Below, piece by piece: positions 46,522 through 57,249 of a stretch of DNA of 57,249 nt. The position numbers and the translations under genes are program-made. The DNA is taken from assembly GCA_043228905.1 (NCBI GenBank), contig JBHGNT010000185.1, positions 1 through 57,249 on the forward strand, in the 5' to 3' direction. Every line of letters begins with the position of its first letter. Position 1 is the stretch's first letter. The notes beneath the pieces were generated by a model. The model made no database searches, had not been told where the DNA came from, and saw only the letters and a list, made by a program, of their open reading frames with translations. This DNA is from Azolla caroliniana (Eukaryota > Plantae > Polypodiophyta).

Positions 46522-49500
46522 GTGGCGATGGGGATTCTAGAGCCATCAAACACTCTGTACTCAAATCGATGGTTTACGGTTCCGAAGAAGAATGGGTCAC
46601 TCCGATTTATCCAAGACTTGCAACCGGTGAACAAAGTCACGATCCGGAACTCCGGAGTCGGTCCGATAGTGGACGAATTTGCGGAAGCATTTGCCGATTG
46701 AGCGATATACTCCATCGGAGACCTATACTCGGGGTATGACCAATTCCAACTAGTCGTGGAGAGCCGAGACATCACTACCATGCAGACACCGGTAGGATTA
46801 GTCCATTAGTCCGGATGTGTATGCTACCACAAGGCGTGACGAACTCGGTCACACATATGATGAATGCAATGAACAAGGTGCTTCGAGACTGTATTTCAGA
46901 GATAACGATGTCGTTCCTAGATGTCATTCCGATGAAAGGATGTGCGGTAGAAGAAAAAGATGAAACTATGGATGATTGGGGATGCTGAAAGTTCGTAGTT
47001 GACCATATTCATGATTGCGAGAAAGTGCTTCGAAAGTTAGAAGATGTGCACCTAACACTTTCCGGAGAGAAATCGGCATTCGGACAAGCAGAAATATTGG
47101 TAGTCGGACATCTATGTGGGCCCTACGGCCGAAGACCGTCACCAACCAAGATCGATACGATTCAAGCTATGAAAGAAGTATGCAAGTCACAATCCAAAGT
47201 CTGAAGGTTTCTTGGTGCATGTGCATTCTACCACATATGGATTCTGCACTATGCACATATTGCGGACCCACTCTATCACTTGTTGTGGAAGGGTAAGAAG
47301 TTTGAATGGAAACCGGAGCATACCAAAGCCGTGAAGAAGCTCAAGAAATCATTATGGAGGGCAAAAGCACTAAAGAAGCCGAGCTATGACCGACCAATCA
47401 TAGTAACGGTTGACACAAGTCCAACCGGAATCGGATGGGTCATCAACCAAGCCGATCCGGATGGTTCGCGATATCCGATCCGATTCGGAGCAAAGGTTCT
47501 CAATGAAAGGCAACACGGGTACGCACGAGTCAAAAGAGAATTATGGGGAGTCGTGTCGGCAATCAAATCGGATCGAGATTATTTGATCGGAGCCGAAGTA
47601 GTGATCAAAACATATTGTCTTCCGATACTTGGGATGATGCGGTGTTGCACGATAACGGATGTGGCTATGCTAAGATGGATTGCATATGTTAAGTCACTTA
47701 ATCCGGAGGTACGACACATCTCCGGAAAAGACAATGCGGTAGCGGATATGCTATCAAGGGCGCGGTTCGGAGATGACATAACCGAATCCGATAATGAAGA
47801 AGTTTCCGAAGACTACTTTGCTTCGGAGCACATATGCCGGGTGAACGTAATCTAAGAATTCCGGGAAGAAGAATACGAGGGAGAAAGCTTGATGATCGGG
47901 AAAGTGCTACAAGAAATCGAGGAATCATCGGACAATAAAGAGAAGAGAGCCGAGATCCAAAGTAAGAAGCGGCAAGTCCAAAAGTTCTTCTTGAAAAATG
48001 GATTAATATGGAGGGAGCCGAAAAGACCGAATGGCATACCACTTCGGGTAGTCGGGACGAAAGAGCAATGAAACCGGATAATGTCCGAGTTTCACGAATC
48101 CGATCGGGCTGGACATCGGGGAACATGGGCAACATTTGCGAAGATCAAACAAAAATATTGGTGGAAGAACATGTACAAAGATATAGCGGAGTTCACGGAA
48201 AGCTGCGAGAAGTGTCAAATCTACTCTAGAGTTCGACAGCGAGATGGGTTACATCCGACATTCTCACCGACAATCAACTTCAAATGGATGGTCGATATTG
48301 TAGCCATGCCAACCAGGATCGGACAAAAGAAGTACTTGGTGTTACCTCGGGAAGATCTCACAAACCAAGTAGAAGGTCGGCCGCTACGAAGGAAAACGTG
48401 TTCTGCGGTATGCCAATTTCTTTTGGAGGAGGTGTTTTGCAAGTACGGGTGCATAGGACAAGTGATTGCGGATCGAGGAGAACTTGACTCTGACAAAGCT
48501 AGGGGATTCTTCGCCAAACATGGAGTTCGGTTAACACTGAAAATGACATATAATCCGGAAGCCAACGGGAAGATCGAACGAGGACATAGTCCGATCGTCA
48601 AAGCACTTGCGAAGGCATGTGATGGAAGGGTGAAGGATTGGCCGCAGATGCTTCCGTATGCACCATAGTTCCTAATATTCGCGTACGTCCAATTTACTGG
48701 ACGTACGCGAACGTTTGCAAACGTACGCGTATGATACGCGATATTCGTTTGGCTTCTTTTTTTTTTGACTTTTTTTTGGTTTTTTTTATTTTTGATATTC
48801 ATAATATTTTGTGAATAGAAGTGACATCTGACACACATACACACACACTCTCTCTCTCTCTCACACGAGAACTGACAGATTTTCTCTCTCTACAAAATCT
48901 AGATATCTAATATACATATTACATACTCCCTCACACAGACAAAACCCATAGCTCCTCTCTCTCTCTCTCTCTAGAGTCTAGATATACACTCAATCACTGT
49001 CTCCTCACACATGCAAAATAGGGCTGCTCTCTCTCTCTCTCTCCCCCTCACACACACACACACTATGTACACCATATACACCATATGTATATATAATATA
49101 TCTATGTACCGCGTATGGATTTCAATCATACTTGGAGCCTTTTCACGTATGAGTATGATACGAATATTGGCGTTTGAGTATGACACGAATGGGACGTATG
49201 GCTAGAACTATGGTATGCACTATGGGTGGATCGGACGATGCATAGCTCCGTAACCGGTTACATGCCGGCAGAACTCATGACCGGACAAGCACTAGTAAAG
49301 CCGACGGAAATCGCGATCGCGACATGGACAATGCTACCGTGGAAGGAAGAGATGAGTTGGGAAGAACTACTAGCGGTCCGGATACGATAACTGGAGGGAA
49401 AACCGGAAGACATAGCGAAAGCAACACGCCGACAACTGGAAGCGCGATTCCAGAACAAAAACCAGTTCAACACAAAGCACCGACTACGACCACGAAAGAT

Positions 49501-49720
49501 TGAAGAAGGAGATTGGGTGATTGTCTATGACAATAGTTTGGATCATCAACATACAATGATACGGAAGTTCGCGAAAAGGTGGTTCGGGCCATACGAGGTT
49601 CGGAAAGTTTTCGACAACGGAACTTACCGACTATGCGAGTTGGATGGAACAGTACTACGTGTGCCTATAGTGGGGAAACGGGTGAAGATTTTCAAGAAGC
49701 GAATTGACAAAGAACCTTAA
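46522..49720 (+). pseudogene. Element C pol: RT, RNase H, integrase (interrupted by a MITE)
   Basis: YSNRWFTVPKKNGSLRFIQDLQPVNKVT, DLYSGYDQF, LPQGVTNS, FLDVI, VDTSPTGIG, ELWGVV, GKDNAVADMLSR, H..GHRG..CEKCQ, YNPEANGKIERGH, WFGPY. Confidence 0.93.
48664..49212. mobile_element. hAT-type MITE in the integrase of C
   Basis: TIR CATAGTTC/GAACTATG; perfect 8-bp TSD GTATGCAC; removal restores MLPYALWVD. Confidence 0.92.
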
Positions 49721-50669
49721 GTAAGCTTAGACAAGACCGACAACAAGGAGCAATCAGACAAAGATCGTGGTGATGCGGAAAGTGAAGAAAGGGGTCTTCA
49801 ACTGATAATCGACATACGAGAAGAATCGGAGAGTGCTACGGATGAAGAGGAACAACGAGCATCGAGAACTTCAGCACATGCCGGAGGATGTGCAGGTTTG
49901 GAGGGGGCGAGTGTTGTAGTGTAATTCGCACACTACGTGAAATTTACATTTTTATCCCTCCGGATGGAATCGGCAAGGAGGAACCGGTAAGGAGAACCGG
50001 TAGGAACCGGATCAAGCAGAACCGGCAAGATTGGATAAAGAAGGCCGGTGAGAGTCTCTCACCATATGAAGAAACAAATTTGTAAATAGAAGAAAAGATT
50101 GTTACATGCATAGGGCAAGATTCAAACCCTGTACCTCCATGTTAACAATTTTTAAGCCTTACCACTATACTAGCATATTATGAATTTTCAAGTAATACTA
50201 AACTTTATCCCATGTAAATATTCTAGATATGCATGGTACAAAAAGTTATTCATGCATACACACTCGAGTTAAAAAGAAAAAGATGGGATAGAAAACTAAT
50301 CATGCACATGCAGTGTGCATGAAAACTAAAGTTAGGAAAAGCATGATGCTTGCATGTGATAAACTTAGACTCTTCCAATACTATATAAGAAAGAGAGAAA
50401 GATGTATAGGGGTTGTTGATTATTTTACAAGGATTGATTAATAAAAAATATTCGTGGGATTCATGATTTTGCCATCTATTTCTCTCTTACATTCTAAGTA
50501 TCAATTAATACACTATACTCGTGGGATTCACAAGTTTTTCATATCTTTCTTTCTTACAATATATTTTATATTCTTAATTGCCTTAGAATTTTCTTTTCTC
50601 CTAGTCCAAAACCTCAGTGGTTCCCACCCGATTCACGCAACGATTTGGAGCCGAAAGGCACGACAGCAT

Positions 50670-51866
50670 GCTTGGCATTTGAAGATTACGCACTATCTTC
50701 ATCAAATCAGCTTTCAAATGTCGAAATCCAACAACTCCCTCTACGTACGACACGACTCTAGAATCCTAATTGTCATCATCCTATACGTGGATGATCTGGT
50801 CATTGGAGGTGAAAGTCTAGTCGACATCACCAAGGTCAAGTCCCTCCTCTTTGGAAAATTCGAGATGACGAACATGAAGGAGCTCCATTACTTCCTTGGC
50901 ATCGAAGTAATTCGGATTCCGGTCGGCATTATGATCTCTCAACGACACTACATTCTCAACTTGTTATACAAGTTCCGGATGACTGAGTGCAAATCGATCG
51001 CTACGCCTCTCAATCGAAACCTCAAACTAGATGTTGACTCCAGCATAGACGAGTGCGAGCCGACCCAATATCGTCAACTGATCGGGAACCTCATCTATCT
51101 CACGATCACTTGACCCGACCTTAGCTATACATTCGGACTCCTCAGCCAATTCATGCAAAAACCACACGACATTCACTTGGATTGCACTAAGCGAGTATTA
51201 TGATATGTGAGCGGCACAATGGATTACAGCATTCTCTACGCATCGGCCACACCAATACGACTCGAAGGGTACACAGACATGGACTGGGCAGGCTACAAAG
51301 TTGATCGACGATCGACCTCCGGATTTGTCTTCTCGCTCGGTAGCGGAGCAATATCTTCGAGTAGTAAGAAGCAGCCTACCGTCGCACTTTCGAGTACTGA
51401 GGCCGAATACATGGGCATAGTCGTGGCTGCATGTGAAGCCATATGGCTCAAGAGGGTTTTGAAGGATCTAGGCGTCCCCATCAAGGATCTGACTCCCATT
51501 TACTACAACAATATAAGCACTATATATCTCGCTCGGAACCCGGTGTTCCACTCGCGCACAAAGCACATCGAAGTGCACTATCACTTCATTCGAGAACGCG
51601 TACAAGCCGAAGATGTCGACCTTCAACACATCAACACGAATCTTCAAATGGCCAACATCTTCACCAAAGCCTTAGGAGCCGACAAGCTTCGGCAATTCAT
51701 GTCAGACCTTGGATTGACGATCCCTGACTTGCCAAGCTTGAGGGGGAGTACAAGCGAGAACCGGATACCGTCCGAACCGGGTACGAGCCGAAGCAGACAC
51801 CGGAGATCGTCCAAACCGGATACCAACCGAAGCGAACATCAATCGAAAGGAACCAACCTGAGTTGA
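50670..51866 (+). pseudogene. Copia-1 RT (3' part) and RNase H
   Basis: IILYVDDLVI, YFLGIEV, GYTDMDWAG..RRSTSG, SKKQPTVALSSTEAEY, RTKHIEVHYHFIRE. Confidence 0.93.
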
Positions 51867-51879
51867 GCTTGAGGGGGCG

Positions 51880-52330
51880 TGTTGAGAATCAAGCTCAACA
51901 TAGCACAACGTGTGAACATACCTTTTGAGAATCTATGATTACTCAAATGTCAAGAGTCACACCACAACTCTCTACACATTAACTATGTCTCATAGAATCA
52001 TATTCTATGACATATAACTAATGAGTTACATATTCCCCATGACTATGAGTCTTCACATTCCCCAAGAGAGAGAGTGGTTGTTGTAAGTTAATGAAGAGAG
52101 AGGGTGACTCTATATAAAGCACCCTCCTCATACTTCATACTAAGTTGGTTGTGACTCCTTGTTATGCTACATTTAGTAATTCTTATTGTACTTGTGAAAT
52201 ATACACCTTCTTCTTGAGTATTCTATTTCCATTCTATTTTATCTATCTTGAGTTCTCTTTTTCTCTCACACATATACGCACATAACGCACATTTATTCCG
52301 TTGCACAAGAATCACCATCGATTCTTTACA
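51880..52330 (+). repeat. Copia-1 3' LTR (451 bp)
   Basis: After PPT GAGGGGGCG; TGTTGAGAATC...CGATTCTTTACA; TATA at ~52111. Confidence 0.88.
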
Positions 52331-55300
52331 GGAAATAACGGCAAACAAACCTACCTCAAGAACGTCTTGCATGTCCCAACCATCACAAAAAACCTAGTCT
52401 CGGTCGGCCAGATTGTCGAACAAGGTATGCAAGTACAATTCAACAATGAAGGGTGCTTCATCGAAAAGGACGATCAATTATAGCACACGGTCGCCGAGAA
52501 GGCTGAATGTTCATCCTCGAATCAGAGGAGGTGAAATCGGCCATGTTTGCAAAAGACCTCAAAGTCGAAACAAACTTGAAACGGTAGCACAAGAGAAACG
52601 GTCACATCAATCTTCAAAAGCTCCAGAACATGTAGTCAAAAGGAGTCGTAATCGGACTCCTGACATTTACTGAGAAGGAGATTACAGGCGTATGCGAGGC
52701 ATGCCAGTTCGGAAAACAATGCCAACATCCATTCCCGAAAGAGAGGAATGTGAGCAAAGGGACCCTGGATGTAGTACATTCATATGTGTGGGGACCAGCC
52801 CTGACGACAACATTCGGTGGTTCCTGATATTATGTCATGTTCATCGACGACTTCTCCAGGCATACTTGGCTCTACCCGATGAAACAAAAGAGCGAAGTGT
52901 TCGGCCACTTCCAAAGTTTAAAAAACGACGTCGAAAAAGTCACGAGTCGGCACATACGTTGCCTGCGATCGGATGGAGGCAAAGAATATTTCTCAGACGA
53001 GTTTACAGCATACCTCCGAAAGGAAGGAATACGACGAGAATTCTCGTGTCGACATACACCTTAGCAAAATGGTGTAGCCAAACGGAAGAATCGGCACATA
53101 GTAGAGGTTGCATGGGCAATGACGAATGAGCAGAACTTGCCAAAATCGTACTGGGCAGAAGCCGCGAACACAGCCATATACCTCATGAATGGGTGTACAA
53201 CCTTTGGGGTAAATGACGTAACCCCTCATGAGGGGTTTTTTGGAAAGAAGCTGGATTTATCAAATGTCCGTATTTTCGCCTCAATCGCCTACGTGCATAT
53301 TCCCGACGAGACGCAACAAAAGCTCGACCTGAAGTCAGAGAAATGTATCCTTGTAGGGTACTCGCTCGAACAAAAGGGGTACAAATGCTATAACCCATCT
53401 ACCCGAAAAGCTCGAGTAAGTCGAGACGTCGTTTTCGACAAGTTGGCATCCTTGTACGATCCAGAGACGACTCTGATTTCTACTCCAATCGACCCGGAAT
53501 CGGCCGAAGGAGAGATAGAAGACGAATTCTGACTCGAACACATGTTCGAAGAAAGTCTGATTACGACAAGGCTTAGTGAACCACCGGAGCCCCTGAGTGA
53601 CCAAAGCACATCTCGGCCGAGTCCAAAACTCGATAATGGGAAGGCCAAGATGTCTGAATACGAAGATCCAATCGACAACGAGTCAACTCACTCCCTTGAT
53701 AGTGAGTTCGAAGGCCTGGACATCCCGATCACCCAGACGAATGGAGCGAAGAAAGCATTAGTCTCCACGAACGAGAAGTTATGTCGATCTACCCATGAAA
53801 AGAAGCCTGTAAGCCGATTCAGCTACGATGAGTACATGGCGTATCATTACGCCTTTATGATAAAGGTAGCGATTGTCCGAGAGCCGGAAACACTTTCCGA
53901 AGCTGCGAAGGACCCGTGATGGGTCGATGAGACATGGGATCTTGTTCCCCATTCACCTTATAGGAAAGCAATTGGATGTAGATGGATCTATAATGTCAAA
54001 TACAATGCCAATGGCTCCGTAAATCGCTTCAAAGCACGACTCATTGTAAAAGGATATGCACAAACACACATAGTCGATTACGAGGAGACCTTTGCCCCGG
54101 TGGCAAAGATGACGACGGTGTGGACCGTAATTGCACTCACAACCGCAAAAGGGTGGCATCTACACCAAATGGATGTCAAGAACGCCTTTCTTCAAGGCGA
54201 TTTGGAAGAGGAGGTGTATATGGTACAACCACCCGGCTTTGAATCGCGTACTCATCTGAAAGTCGTGTGCCGACTCAAGAAGCCGATCTACGGCCTCAAG
54301 CAAACACTACGTGCTTGGCATTCGAAGATCACTTAGTATCTTTACCAAATCGGCTCTCAAATGTAGAAATTGGACAACTCCCTGTACATCCGAAATGAGC
54401 CGCACAACCCGATTGTCATTATCTTATATGTGGATGATCTAGTAATCGGAGGAAAGGATCTCACCGAGATCATTAAGGTCAAATCACTCCTATCCGACAA
54501 ATTCGAAATGAAAGACCTGCATGAGCGCCATTACTTCCTTGGCATCGAAGTAATTCGAACACCAAACAGCACTACGTTCTCACCTTGCTCTACAAGTTTT
54601 GAATGACCGAGTGCAAACCCGTGTCCACCCCTCTCGACTGAAATCTCAAGCTCGATGTCGATTCAGGCACAGCCGAGTGCGATCCGATTCAGTATCGACA
54701 ACTGATCGGCAACCTGATTTACTTAACCATTACACGACCCGACCTCAGCTATTCAATCGGCCTACTTAGCCAATTCATGCAGAACCCACAAAATGATCAT
54801 ATCGATTGCGCTAAGAGGGTACTTCGGTCTATCAGTACGACGATGGATTATGGCATCATGTATAAGTCAAATACGCTTATTCGACTCGAAGGATACATAG
54901 ACATAGATTGGGTCGGTTATAAGGCTGATAGACGGATCCACTTCCGTATTCGTTTTCTCCCTCGACAGCGGAGCGATCTTCTAGAGCAGCAAGAAACAGC
55001 CGACAGTTGCACTGTCGAGCACGGAGGCCGAATGTAGGGGCGCAATAGTCGTTGCGTGCGAAGCTGTCTGGCTCAAACGCATCTTCAAGGACCTGGGCAT
55101 TCCCATCACGGATCCAATTCGCGTCTTCTATGACAACATGAGCAACATCTACCTCGCTCGGAACCCGATATTCCACGCGCGGACTAAACACATCAAAATG
55201 CACTATCACTTTGTTCGCGAATGCATTCAGGCTGGTGATATTGATTTACAACGTATCATCACGAACCTTCAAGCTGTTGATATCTTTACAAAGACCCTAG

Positions 55301-55401
55301 CTATCGACAAGCTACGACAGTTCGCGACAAACCTTGGTCTCTTAATCACCGACCAGTCGCGCTTGAGGGGGAGTACAATATCAACCAATGCCGAACAATA
55401 A
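52331..55401 (+). pseudogene. Copia-2 pol (protease end, integrase, RT, RNase H), decayed
   Basis: LKNVLHVPTITKNLVSV, LRSDGGKEY, QMDVKNAFLQGDL, YVDDLVI, ARTKHIKMHYHF; many stops. Confidence 0.93.
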
Positions 55402-55648
55402 CCGATCAGTCGATCGAAGAGCAACCGATCACTCTCAATCTATCGAAGTCGACCAGAGGAGTCGAAGTACGAACAAACAATCGAACAGCTGAACACGGAG
55501 AATCGGAGAATCAGAGAATCGAAATCGTAAGCCGTGTCGAAAACTGAAATCGAAAAGCGAAGTTGAGGCCGATTCAACCGAATCAAAGTATTTCAAAGAC
55601 TGAACCAAAACAACCTTTTGACATCCGAAAGTTGTGTTTGAAGGGGCA

Positions 55649-55915
55649 TGTTGAGAATCGAACTCAACTTCCCATAGAGACAGTGTTACACTAGCCAGTG
55701 GACATCATACTAGGCTAGATTAGTAATTAGTAGAAAGGGCACTTGCCCTAGATCTGTTGGTATTTAAACCAACCTCTTGTAACCTAGTTACTGTTGGACG
55801 TAATATACAATTTCTTGTTTTAAGAGCTCTCTCTCTCTCTCTCTTGTCTCACGTGCACATACACACACACACACACAGTCCTTCCTCTGCACAAAATCAC
55901 TCTCGATTCTTTACA
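55649..55915 (+). repeat. Copia-2 3' LTR (267 bp)
   Basis: After GAAGGGGCA; TGTTGAGAATCG...CGATTCTTTACA, same termini as the Copia-1 LTR. Confidence 0.88.
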
Positions 55916-57249
55916 GGCACTTCAAAAAAATTGTGGAGAGTGAATGAAACAACGCCACATTTTAATGTCATTGCATTGAATCTTTGATGATTTCTTAAAA
56001 CTTCCCTTTCCTTGATGGATCTTTGACAAGTCTTATTATGTGCATGCATAATTGAATGTCAAAGAATTGCCTAAAAGTATTTAGTTTTAATCTTTAGTTA
56101 TATTGGTCAATAAGTTATCCTTCTCTTATATGTATGTGACGTATATTGCACGATTTGCTTCCTATCCATGGTAACTTTGAAGAAAAAATGGACTTATCTT
56201 CTTTGCCTAGGCATTAAGGGTAAGAAATGTTATTTTCAAAATTTTTGGTAGACTTCTTCATTGATTACTCCCAAACTCTATAAATATCCCCCTATTCTTT
56301 CAATAACAAGATGAAGACTACAATAGAATAATCACTATTAACAAGTCCAATACAAAAGTTTGTTTTGATCTCTTCTTAAAATCAATGTTGTATTTTTACT
56401 TATAGTAATAGTATACAATATATGGTTGGCCACTTATCTCTTTGGCATAATATCAACTCATCATTGCTTTACGTTGTTATTGCAAAGACTAAATTACGGC
56501 TTTATCATTGTTATTTCAACACCCAAATTTCATGGAATAAAAAATATTTATACAATAAGACAAAAGTCTTGGAATAAGGACAAATACTTCAAACATTCAT
56601 ATAAGAGCTCAAAGTATGTGGATAAGTACAACATAAGAAAGAATTTATCAATAATTTGAGGGTGTTGGATTATGTATAAAATCTTTATCATTATCTTTTG
56701 GAGTAAAGTGAATTCAAAGATGAGCTGAACATAATTGACATAAAAGTGAATTCAAAGATGAGGTGAACTATGGGTGTAGTTATCGAAAATATATTTTAAG
56801 AAAAGGTTGGGCTTGAGGATTTAAGAGAATAGAAACAACAAGATTACTGAAGGATAGAAGAAATAGTAGTGAATGAAAAGAGTAATAAATGATAGAAACC
56901 ATTCCATAGATCTCAAATTTAGCGAACCAGGAAAAATAAAATTCCTTATTTTTCAATAAGAAAATTGAAATTAGAATAATTCATCAAGACTAAGTGGATT
57001 GAGGATTGCTTGCATCCTCGTTATAGGAATTGTTTCATGACTTGAGAGTGTCCTTGCTCAAGCATAAAACTTATTCGTAATATGTCCATAGTTTCAATCA
57101 ATATGAGGGAGATATTGGATAGCGTGTCACAAAATGATTGTGGAGATTCACAAGTATGCATGTGATTAGGAGCAACTAGCTAATGTTATGTTACATATCG
57201 ATGATTGAGTGTGAACCTAGTCTTGCTATCCATGTTGGCATGTCAATTT

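Larger units (their letters stand above)
37745..50665 (+). mobile_element. Element C: full-length (decayed) Ty3/Gypsy LTR retrotransposon, tRNA-Trp primed, with two nested insertions
   Basis: LTRs 37745-38493 and 49912-50665; PBS 38498-38515; PPT 49900-49911; 4-bp TSD GCGT/GCAT splitting Copia KQAPR|AW. Confidence 0.95.

Noticed and set aside
50454-51113. 219-aa ORF as a membrane-anchored RT fusion
   Set aside because: Chance read-through from the AT-rich 3' LTR of C into Copia RT
55916-57249. AT-rich tail with ~31-bp duplication (56705-56769)
   Set aside because: No identifiable coding or terminal features

Overview
Eukaryotic plant nuclear DNA, probably from a large-genome seedless plant such as a fern (inferred from TE types and intron size, not demonstrated). 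It holds one intact spliced host gene on the minus strand: a PFA-DSP/Siw14-family atypical dual-specificity (inositol pyrophosphate) phosphatase with 6 coding exons (15919->5230, 267 aa, HCRKGKHRTG P-loop) and a 7-kb intron filled with LINE debris. The rest is transposon-derived: degenerate Copia, Gypsy and LINE relics, four hAT-type MITEs with 8-bp TSDs, solo LTRs, a PEG10/sushi-like gag element, and a deeply nested LTR-retrotransposon cluster from 26.9 to 55.9 kb. The most interesting signal is a group of tRNA-Trp-primed Gypsy elements (non-autonomous A, truncated B, full-length C and a solo LTR). All insert at a 4-bp RCGY target and show apparent extra U5 complementarity to the primer tRNA. 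B, C and the solo LTR also carry an antisense tRNA-like Pol III unit (A box, B box, oligo-T) in the LTR. C has a GGATTTT slippery site plus pseudoknot between protease and RT. A nested Tat/Athila-like element carries a ~1030-aa extra 3' ORF. Everything was read by eye; no searches were run.
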